A stretch of DNA of 64,000 nucleotides, taken from IMG/VR virus record IMGVR_UViG_3300032893_000032, positions 7,715-71,714 of that record. The stretch is one strand, 5' to 3'. The position numbers and the translations under genes are program-made. Of this stretch, positions 54,798 to 62,030 are shown piece by piece. The notes below the pieces were generated by a model, which saw only the letters and a list, made by a program, of their open reading frames with translations, was not told where the DNA came from and did no database searches. Every line of letters begins with the position of its first letter. Within the stretch, counting starts at the first letter, position 1. The stretch comes from a virus.

Positions 54798-55158
54798 TGG
54801 CTGCTTCTACAGTTGATTCCCTGTTTCGTTGGGCTAGCTCAGATGGATCGGCTCAATCTTCAAATCAACGCTCTGGTACGATCCGGTCTTGTTTTGCCAG
54901 TCCTTGAAGCCCATCGATCCCGACGCACTTACACGCAGGATCTTTTCAGGTTCAATCGTAGATAGGGTTTGGGCGACAAGTTTCCGCACGTGTTGGACGG
55001 TTTCCTGTTCGCCTTTGTCGTTCATGTTGATTCGTTCAAACTGCTGTTCGAGCTGCTCCGCAATTTTCGGTGCGAAGCCGCAAGCACTAACGCTCCATGA
55101 CATAAGTTTCTCCTTTTTGGAATTTGGTAGTCATGGGAATCAACTGTAGAAGTAGCCA
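54798..55158. repeat. 24-bp inverted repeat pair (54798-54821 / 55135-55158) flanking an inserted gene
   Basis: TGGCTGCTTCTACAGTTGATTCCC vs GGGAATCAACTGTAGAAGTAGCCA, 23/24 complementary. Confidence 0.9.
54834..55103 (-). CDS. Inserted hypothetical protein (89 aa)
   Basis: AAGGAG RBS; more AT-rich than the flanking baseplate genes. Confidence 0.7.
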   Translation of the reverse strand: MSWSVSACGFAPKIAEQLEQQFERINMNDKGEQETVQHVRKLVAQTLSTIEPEKILRVSASGSMGFKDWQNKTGSYQSVDLKIEPIHLS

Positions 55159-55164
55159 TGGGAA

Positions 55165-55515
55165 CTAGTTGTTGGTATACTCCGGGGTGTCGCCCCAGAT
55201 CAGTACGAAATCCGTTCCGAGGTCTGTATCGTCCGGGGAGTCCTTCGCCACCCCGGAGGCATTGATGATGTAGGCTGAACCCAGAGCCATGTAGATGAAC
55301 TGGCCGAGTAGGTTGGCGGAGGGGAAGCCCCCGCAGAGCAGTGGAATGTTGGAAAGAAGGGGGGTGCCGGAGGAATCAAAAATAGCCAGTTCCCAGTAGC
55401 CAGCCGTCTCGTTGAAGTTGAGGTCCAGGCCGAGGGCCAGAGTCTCCCCGTCTACGTTGAGCACGCAGGTGAGGGACTGGTTGGGAGAATTGGTAAGTGG
55501 AATGAGCTGCTGCAT
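55165..55515 (-). CDS. Baseplate plug protein (DUF6983-like)
   Basis: IPL..SPNQ...W.L.I.D..G..LL..IPL..G..NLL.Q...M.LG; LGTD..L.W. Confidence 0.8.
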   Translation of the reverse strand: MQQLIPLTNSPNQSLTCVLNVDGETLALGLDLNFNETAGYWELAIFDSSGTPLLSNIPLLCGGFPSANLLGQFIYMALGSAYIINASGVAKDSPDDTDLGTDFVLIWGDTPEYTNN

Positions 55516-55520
55516 AGTCC

Positions 55521-56135
55521 CTAGCTCCCCCCTCCCGTAGCCGACTGCAGCGGCCCCTGGACTCCCGGGGGAACGGGCTGGGGAAGTACCCCTCCCTGCG
55601 GGGAATTGCCATTCTGGTTCGGGCGGGCGGAGACGGAATTCGGCGTACTGGTCACCGTGCCGGTAAGGATCTCCTCGAAGGTAACTAGCGCGCGGAGAGC
55701 CGTCCGGGTCCGGAAGTCGTCTATCGCCCGGATGTGCTGGACCAGCATGTTCGAATAGGTACGGAGCTTGGTCTGTATAGTTAAGATTACGACTTGTTCC
55801 TTGAGCTGCAGAAGGGTCTGGTAGGCCGACACCGACTTGGTGCTGGCGGAGGTCCATTGACCGGCGGTGTAGCTGTCCATCGAGTCCGACATCCCGATCT
55901 CGACGCGGAGCATTGAGGGATTGTTATAGGCATTGTCGGTGATGGAGGCACCGGCCTGGATGGGCTGCTGCGACTTGGTAAGGGAATCCTCGTGTTCCGT
56001 GCGGAGGATGGCGTCGAAATAGTAAGTGGTGGATGATCCGGAGCCGCCGGAGGAAGACGGAAGGGTCCCGGTGATGGAGAACTTCTGCGTCTTCTGCCAA
56101 CCCGGCGGACGGAATCCTGTGGCCGCGCTGCTCAT
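55521..56135 (-). CDS. Tail tube initiator (Dit-like N-terminal domain)
   Basis: FDA...EH......PI..GA.ITDNAY..P; AYQ.L..L......T..R.Y.NM. Confidence 0.8.
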   Translation of the reverse strand: MSSAATGFRPPGWQKTQKFSITGTLPSSSGGSGSSTTYYFDAILRTEHEDSLTKSQQPIQAGASITDNAYNNPSMLRVEIGMSDSMDSYTAGQWTSASTKSVSAYQTLLQLKEQVVILTIQTKLRTYSNMLVQHIRAIDDFRTRTALRALVTFEEILTGTVTSTPNSVSARPNQNGNSPQGGVLPQPVPPGVQGPLQSATGGGS

Positions 56136-57737
56136 CTATGCGAACACCGTAGAGGCGTTGGCCATGTTGAACTGCGCCCGCCACCTCAGTCTCTCGTCTA
56201 CCTTCGTAGCCACCGCATGACCGATTTCCTCGGCTGAAGCCCCCGGATGGTTGACGTGAACGTGGATGTCGCCGAAGGTCGCCCCCACCGACCCGCCGGA
56301 GTAGGAGGAGGGGTGGAGGGCCGAGAATCCACCAGCCTTCATCTTATCCCTTCTCCTCAGCACGTCCCCGACGTATCCCGACGGGTCCTTAGTAACGAAT
56401 CCGCCGTACGCCTTTAGGGCCTTCCCCACGTCCCCGCCGATCTCCGGATGAAGCTTGGGGTCGAGGAGCTGGGAGAGGTAACGGGTACCGGCCTCGATAT
56501 TGCGCTCAGCATCGAAAATGGATGAACCGGAAAGTCCCAGGCCAGCGGCGGTACCGGGCATGAGTTGCATCAGTCCGGACGCACCAGAGGAACGGTTAAC
56601 GGCGTTCGGGTCCCACCCGGATTCCTTATCGATGATCCCGGCGACGAGGAACGGGTCGAGATGATATTTGGCCGCATATCGCATCGCCAAGAGGTATTCC
56701 TCAGACTTCTTTATTGAGGCAAACTTACCAACCAGGGGAGTAGACTGCTGGTACTGCTTGGCCAGAGGATCGGTCCCCCGCTCCACTCCCTTGGCAAGCG
56801 GTCCAAGGATGGCTCCGGGTAGAGGACCGGCTCCCAGCAGGGAGCTGCCGATGGCCCCCTCCACCATCGACCGCATGTAGGGGTGGTCTTGAAGGAGCTG
56901 GACGAAGTCCTTCACGATCTGGAGAGTGTACTTGACCGAATCCCCGATGTGGTGGAGGGCCAGCCCGATGTTCTCGATGTTGATGGCTCCTGACTTCATC
57001 TTCTGGTCGTCGTAGAACTCTCCGAGAAGCCGCATGACCTCGGACCCAGCGGTCTTCCCGATGTCGAATATGTCGCGGAAGATGTCGCGGACGTCGTGGA
57101 GGACGGGGACAAGAGAAGTAGCGATGCGGGAGGAGATGCTGGGGAAGTCCCGCTGGAACCAGTCGTTGAACTGGCGCAATCGAGTAAGGAGGGAGTTCTC
57201 GTCGCCGAACAGGGCTTTAGAAAGATCGCGGGTGAGGGCGAAGGCGAACACCTGAGCCTCCACCCGCATCTTGGTGAACTCAAACCGGATATCCCGGATC
57301 TTCCTCATCTGGGACTCCATGTCCTGCCCGCCGCCCGCACGGGAGAACATCCGGGTTTCCAAGTCGACTAGTTCCTTGTACCTCTCGCGGAGTTCAGCCG
57401 GTCCCCATATGATGTCCTCCAGCGAATACCCGAGAGCGTCGGTAGCAATCTTCATCGTCCGGGCGGCGTCGGCGGAGATGAACATCCGGCGGGCGAAGAT
57501 CTGGTACTGGAGGTCGGCCTGGGCCGTTCTATCCATCACGCCGAGGGTGGCTCCGGCGACCGAGGTAAGAGCTGAAGTGACGGCCACGCCTGCGCCCACG
57601 AATCCACGGGTGAAGCGGCCAGTGAACTCCTCCACCTCACGGGCGGTTACCCGGAGGACGTCGTTGAAGCGAGAGAGCTGCGGCTGGTCGACCGCGAATC
57701 CCAGGGAGACCAGGTACTCTTGGATGACGTTTGCCAT
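56136..57737 (-). CDS. Tape measure protein with SLT lytic transglycosylase domain
   Basis: EYLVSLGF start; ESGWDPNAV..SGASGLMQLMP.TA...NIEAGTRYL...ALKAY. Confidence 0.9.
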   Translation of the reverse strand: MANVIQEYLVSLGFAVDQPQLSRFNDVLRVTAREVEEFTGRFTRGFVGAGVAVTSALTSVAGATLGVMDRTAQADLQYQIFARRMFISADAARTMKIATDALGYSLEDIIWGPAELRERYKELVDLETRMFSRAGGGQDMESQMRKIRDIRFEFTKMRVEAQVFAFALTRDLSKALFGDENSLLTRLRQFNDWFQRDFPSISSRIATSLVPVLHDVRDIFRDIFDIGKTAGSEVMRLLGEFYDDQKMKSGAINIENIGLALHHIGDSVKYTLQIVKDFVQLLQDHPYMRSMVEGAIGSSLLGAGPLPGAILGPLAKGVERGTDPLAKQYQQSTPLVGKFASIKKSEEYLLAMRYAAKYHLDPFLVAGIIDKESGWDPNAVNRSSGASGLMQLMPGTAAGLGLSGSSIFDAERNIEAGTRYLSQLLDPKLHPEIGGDVGKALKAYGGFVTKDPSGYVGDVLRRRDKMKAGGFSALHPSSYSGGSVGATFGDIHVHVNHPGASAEEIGHAVATKVDERLRWRAQFNMANASTVFA

Positions 57738-57740
57738 GGG

Positions 57741-57991
57741 TCAGCCGCCGACCTGTTCCGGCGGTGGTTCGTTCACCTTGCCCATCAGGTCCAGCATGTC
57801 GTGCGCGTCCATCAGGTCCTCAGCCGTATAGGTCCCGTCGTACAGTTCGTGCTGCCGCCATATTCCCCGGATGACCGGGCGGAAGAGGAAAAGGTCTAGA
57901 CCAGTTTCCCCGTCACTCTCTCCGTCCCCACCTGTGTCTGTGTTGACGGGAGGGGTGGCGGCGTCTTCTTCTCCCCGCCGTCGCGGACGAA
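57741..57991 (-). CDS. Tail assembly chaperone C-terminal extension (-1 frameshift frame, DUF6889-like)
   Basis: The -1 frame reads ...FLFRPVIRGIWRQHELYDGTYTAEDLMDAHDMLDL and has no suitable start of its own. Confidence 0.75.
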
Positions 57992-58414
57992 AAAAGGGGA
58001 AAGGTTGAAGACCAGAGTTTCCTCCACCAGTTTGTCCACCGCCACCGGATCGGCAGCCAGCTCCGCATCCAGCTTCCCCCCTACCATCACCGGGAGGGCG
58101 GAGTCATCGGAGCCGGAGTCGTCGGCATAGCGGCGAACGACGCGGAGGCAGGAGAGCTGTATGCGCTTAAACTCCTGCGGGTCGAGCAGCGGTCCGTACA
58201 CCATCCAGTAGAACCGGCACGCCTCCTGGGAAAAGGAGACGGGGTCCGAGGGGGGTGGGGAATCCGGCCTCTCCGCCTGATCGGCGGCGGACAGGTTGCG
58301 GGCGCTGGTGGAAACGAGGAGACGGTAGAAACGGGTGGAGTCGTACAGGTCGAAAAGTCCCAGTCGGAACTTCTGGCCCGCTACTTCTACGTCAGTGGTG
58401 GTGGGTCGTGGCAT
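57896..58414 (-). CDS. Tail assembly chaperone
   Basis: Between the tube and tape measure genes; FNLSPFF contains a slippery site. Confidence 0.8.
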   Translation of the reverse strand: MPRPTTTDVEVAGQKFRLGLFDLYDSTRFYRLLVSTSARNLSAADQAERPDSPPPSDPVSFSQEACRFYWMVYGPLLDPQEFKRIQLSCLRVVRRYADDSGSDDSALPVMVGGKLDAELAADPVAVDKLVEETLVFNLSPFFVRDGGEKKTPPPLPSTQTQVGTERVTGKLV

Positions 58415-58463
58415 GGGGGGTGCGGCCTCCTAAGCCGTTGGTCGAAAGTAGAAAGTCTACTGA

Positions 58464-58916
58464 TTAAGCCGTCAAGTTCTGTACGTCGGCGAACGGCAAT
58501 GCCCAGGAGATCTTCTGCCCCTGCGCCTCGTACGGTTTCGGCGGGATCTTGCCGAACGACCCGCCCTGGCAGCGGTGAGACGTCCCGTCCAGAGTATTCC
58601 GGAGGGTGACGGTCAGGACGGCGGCCTGGGACGCGTCCCCGTTCTGTAGCGCTGAGTTGATGGCGTTCCAGGTATTCAGCATCCATTTGTAGAGGGCGGA
58701 GGTCTGCTGGCAGTTTACCGTCACCATCCCATTATCCCCGACTATCGCCGATACCATGACGTTTCCGTCAGCGGCGACGTCCTGCGAAGTGTGTTCGGTA
58801 AGGTTGTCCACCACCACCGACCCCGCTCCCACCTGTCCCGAGATTACGAACTGGTTGGGAGACGCCAGGGGGTGGGTGAAGACGGCGGCCAGAGCCTTGA
58901 AGCTGTAGTTTGTCAT
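58464..58916 (-). CDS. Tail tube protein (DUF3277-like)
   Basis: YSF, VAADG.VM.S...G.VT...QQTS. Confidence 0.85.
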   Translation of the reverse strand: MTNYSFKALAAVFTHPLASPNQFVISGQVGAGSVVVDNLTEHTSQDVAADGNVMVSAIVGDNGMVTVNCQQTSALYKWMLNTWNAINSALQNGDASQAAVLTVTLRNTLDGTSHRCQGGSFGKIPPKPYEAQGQKISWALPFADVQNLTA

Positions 58917-58981
58917 AAGTCGAATTCTCCTGATTCTAAGGTCTGTTTCCTAGTTCAACTTCCTCTGCCCCTGTCTCCGTC

Positions 58982-60382
58982 CTAAGTCTGGTCATACACC
59001 CCGATAAGGGTGGACTGGGCCGCTCCCGCTTCGTTGATGGCAAGGTAGATCGGCATGGACTTCCGGCTGTTCTTGTCCGACTGCGACTGGGTGTTGTAGG
59101 GAGGGGACTGGGCGAGGAATCCGGGGTTGGGGAGAGTCTGCCCCGGAAGGAGGTTGAGGATGGCCACTCCCCGCCACGTTCCCGGTCCGATGAATCCAAT
59201 GGTGGCGAGGGACTGAGCCGCCTGGTTCACGTCGTCGAGCAGTATAGCCTGTCCGGGATCGGTCTGCGGCACCTTCGGCAGGGTGGCGTAGGAATTCATC
59301 ACATTGAACTGGATGGCGGCGGAGAGCATGTCGCGGAAGAGGATCTGGTCGAGGTAGGTGTTGCCGGAGCTGGAGAAGGTCGTCCCGCGCTGGGTAAACT
59401 GGTAATCAGGCAGCCCGGTAACCCCCTGCCCGTAGCCGACGTAGACGTTGCCGGAGTTCCCCGTGATGTTGGAATAAGTGGTCTCGGAAATAGGTTCCGT
59501 GGTGATGCCGACGAGGGACTTGGCGAACAGGGTGAAGGCGGAATTCGCCAGACCGGTGTTCAGACCCATGGCATTCCCCATCATGGCGACGGCGGCGTAG
59601 ATGTTGTTAGGGTAGGCACCGGACTGGGTGGTGGAGTAGATCCCACAGGTCCGGGTGTAGTCCTGAGTAGCAAGTGTGGCGAACAGGTTCCCGGCGGAGT
59701 TGGCAGCCACGGCGGCGTCGGAGGTCTGGAAGAAGTAGGCACCGACTGGGGAGAGGGACTGGAAGGCTGCAGCCAGAGCCAGGTGGTCCGCGTCCTGCGC
59801 CGTGACGTCCGTGTACGCCCACCAGGCGGAAGACTTCGCCCGGATCTGCTGCATGGCGTAGAGGCAGGTGTCGCCGACAACGGTAACGTCGATCTCCGCG
59901 CCGGTGCCGGAACCGCCGGTAAGGGCGATGGCGTTGGCGACCGTAGCCCCGGTGCCGGGGGCGAGGAGAGTGGAGCCAGTGATCCCGCCCGAACCGTTAA
60001 CGGCGGTAACCTGAATCTGAGCGCCAGTGACGCCGGTAACTCCGCAGACGTCCCCCACCACATACCCCGTCCCCAAGTTGCCGGAGTGAATATTGTAGGT
60101 ATTGATCGACGTCAGGTCCCGTCGCCCCACCCACCAGGACTGCGGGGGGACGGCCTGGGAAATGAGAATGGAGGCGGCGATGTACTCCGGATCGGTAGTC
60201 AGGAACCCGTCGGTAGCCATCTGGCTAAGGGCCGTGTACTTCTTCACGCGGGTGGTGGGGGAGATGTGGGTGGAAGTTCCGGTGATGCACCCCTGGTTGA
60301 AGGTGGGGGCGGAGGGGGCCTGTGCGCCCACCAGCACCACTACGTCGACTACGTCGGAAAGCGGAAGAGCCGGGGTAGACAT
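58982..60382 (-). CDS. Tail sheath protein (DUF3383)
   Basis: LSDVVDV, PEY.AA....Q, KVPQTD.G and R.S.PI......GA. Confidence 0.9.
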   Translation of the reverse strand: MSTPALPLSDVVDVVVLVGAQAPSAPTFNQGCITGTSTHISPTTRVKKYTALSQMATDGFLTTDPEYIAASILISQAVPPQSWWVGRRDLTSINTYNIHSGNLGTGYVVGDVCGVTGVTGAQIQVTAVNGSGGITGSTLLAPGTGATVANAIALTGGSGTGAEIDVTVVGDTCLYAMQQIRAKSSAWWAYTDVTAQDADHLALAAAFQSLSPVGAYFFQTSDAAVAANSAGNLFATLATQDYTRTCGIYSTTQSGAYPNNIYAAVAMMGNAMGLNTGLANSAFTLFAKSLVGITTEPISETTYSNITGNSGNVYVGYGQGVTGLPDYQFTQRGTTFSSSGNTYLDQILFRDMLSAAIQFNVMNSYATLPKVPQTDPGQAILLDDVNQAAQSLATIGFIGPGTWRGVAILNLLPGQTLPNPGFLAQSPPYNTQSQSDKNSRKSMPIYLAINEAGAAQSTLIGVYDQT

Positions 60383-60405
60383 AGGTAGAAAGTCTCCTTA
60401 TCCTT

Positions 60406-61020
60406 TTATCCTTGGGAACTGACGATCGTAATATCGGAAAACGGTTGCGAGATGGAGGGGGAAGACTCCACATAGGTCCGGACCTCGGTAGACTTGACGG
60501 TGCCGACGGTAGACTGCTCAGTCGTAAGCTCGTTGAAGCGGCAGGAGAAGTCCACCCGCTCCCACCACTGGCCTCCGGCGAATGGTTCAGGTGCCCGCAC
60601 AGGGGCGGAGGGGTCGGTAACCGGGGCCAGCTGGAAGGACTCTAGGAATTGCTTGGTCGCCTCGTCGTTGCGAAGCTTGGTCCGAATTATCCTCGCCCGG
60701 TCGAAGGAAGTGGGGCCGAGGACTATCCACGTCACCTCCCACACCCGGACGTAAGTGGTGGTGATGTTGTCGAAATTCGGGTCCAAAGGATCGGTGGAAA
60801 GCTCCTGGTCCGCCACCCGGTTGTACTCGTCGTCTACTTCCCGCGTTGCGATGACGGTGATGTCCTGATCCACGCCGTATCCCGGCTGCCCCTCGGTTGG
60901 CCACGAGGTGCGGACTAAGGGGAAACTCTCGGGGGTGGCGGCAAGACCCAACATGAACAGGGTAAGTCCCTGGAAGATGATGTCGGCGGTACGCGGGATG
61001 ATGGGGGACTGGGTAGACAT
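60406..61020 (-). CDS. Tail terminator/neck protein
   Basis: W.V.W..LGP.S.D.A; WWER.D; synteny. Confidence 0.75.
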   Translation of the reverse strand: MSTQSPIIPRTADIIFQGLTLFMLGLAATPESFPLVRTSWPTEGQPGYGVDQDITVIATREVDDEYNRVADQELSTDPLDPNFDNITTTYVRVWEVTWIVLGPTSFDRARIIRTKLRNDEATKQFLESFQLAPVTDPSAPVRAPEPFAGGQWWERVDFSCRFNELTTEQSTVGTVKSTEVRTYVESSPSISQPFSDITIVSSQG

Positions 61021-61035
61021 TGGAATTCAAATTAC

Positions 61036-61410
61036 CTAAGAACCAGCCATTCGGCCAGCGTAGGCGTAGTAGAAACCCCTAGGACCGTACGGCCACGTCT
61101 GGATAACGCGCCACTTCTGGCCGCGCCACACCAGGATGTCGGACGTTCCCCCCTGGGTAAGCCCCGAGGGGTCGGTGTGGGTGGTAAACAGCGGACGGTT
61201 GGTGTAGTAGAGAATGGCCCCCTCCACCCGGTCGGCCTCGGGGACGGTCTGAATGGACTTGGCCGTAGCCGGGGTAACCGTTCCCCAGCTGTCGATGGCC
61301 TGAGGAGGAGGCTCCTGCCATCCGCCGAGGCCCTGTACCCCACCGACTGACCGGAGGATCTGGACGTACTCCGAAAATGCCTGGTCCTGTGTGACTTCCG
61401 ACAGATCCAT
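61036..61410 (-). CDS. Head closure/stopper protein
   Basis: PEADR..G; D.LVW.G..WRV...W...G.Y.A. Confidence 0.75.
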   Translation of the reverse strand: MDLSEVTQDQAFSEYVQILRSVGGVQGLGGWQEPPPQAIDSWGTVTPATAKSIQTVPEADRVEGAILYYTNRPLFTTHTDPSGLTQGGTSDILVWRGQKWRVIQTWPYGPRGFYYAYAGRMAGS

Positions 61411-62030
61411 TAGGCCGCTCCCTTGCCCTTTCTAATCACAAAGGTCATAGACTTTCGAAGTTCTCCGGTATCAATGAGAGGCTGAGCCGAACCCTTGCGG
61501 CGAATGGTGGAGGGCTTGTTCGGCGGCCACCCGTTCCGGGGATCGGTGAACCATCTCCGAACGATGTTCTGCGCGTCCAGCCCCGTGGCCGTCAGGTATC
61601 TCTCCACAGTCGCCACATCCTGCCCCGACAGGTTGGCCTGGGCCGCACGCCTGAGGTCCTCCGCCAGTTTCTCCTTGTTCCCCGTGGCCACGATGGCTGG
61701 CTCAATAATCGGGCGCGGAGGAACGGCATAAGCGAGAGACCCTTTAGAATGGAGATAGAGGGCGAGGGCCTGGTTATACCCAATTCCCCGGTTCTTCATC
61801 ATCGCTCCCATCCGTCTGCGGGCATCTATCGTCCGGACCCCGTGGGTGTGGAGGAAAGCCAGTTCCGCATTCGTCACCGCTTGCTGCCCCTTATTCGACC
61901 GTCGACTGGTGGTCCGTCCGGGGATTCCCACCAGCACATCCCGGCTGGTGAGGTCGAGCAGGCGGCTGGCTACTCCCTTCGCCCCCTCTCCCTTCACCGC
62001 GAGGTTTATCGTAGGTCTCATGGGCCTCAT
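61410..62030 (-). CDS. Neck/tail completion protein
   Basis: VLVGIP, NAELA..H..G, PPRP and PN.PST...KG...PLIDTG.LR.S. Confidence 0.8.
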   Translation of the reverse strand: MRPMRPTINLAVKGEGAKGVASRLLDLTSRDVLVGIPGRTTSRRSNKGQQAVTNAELAFLHTHGVRTIDARRRMGAMMKNRGIGYNQALALYLHSKGSLAYAVPPRPIIEPAIVATGNKEKLAEDLRRAAQANLSGQDVATVERYLTATGLDAQNIVRRWFTDPRNGWPPNKPSTIRRKGSAQPLIDTGELRKSMTFVIRKGKGAA

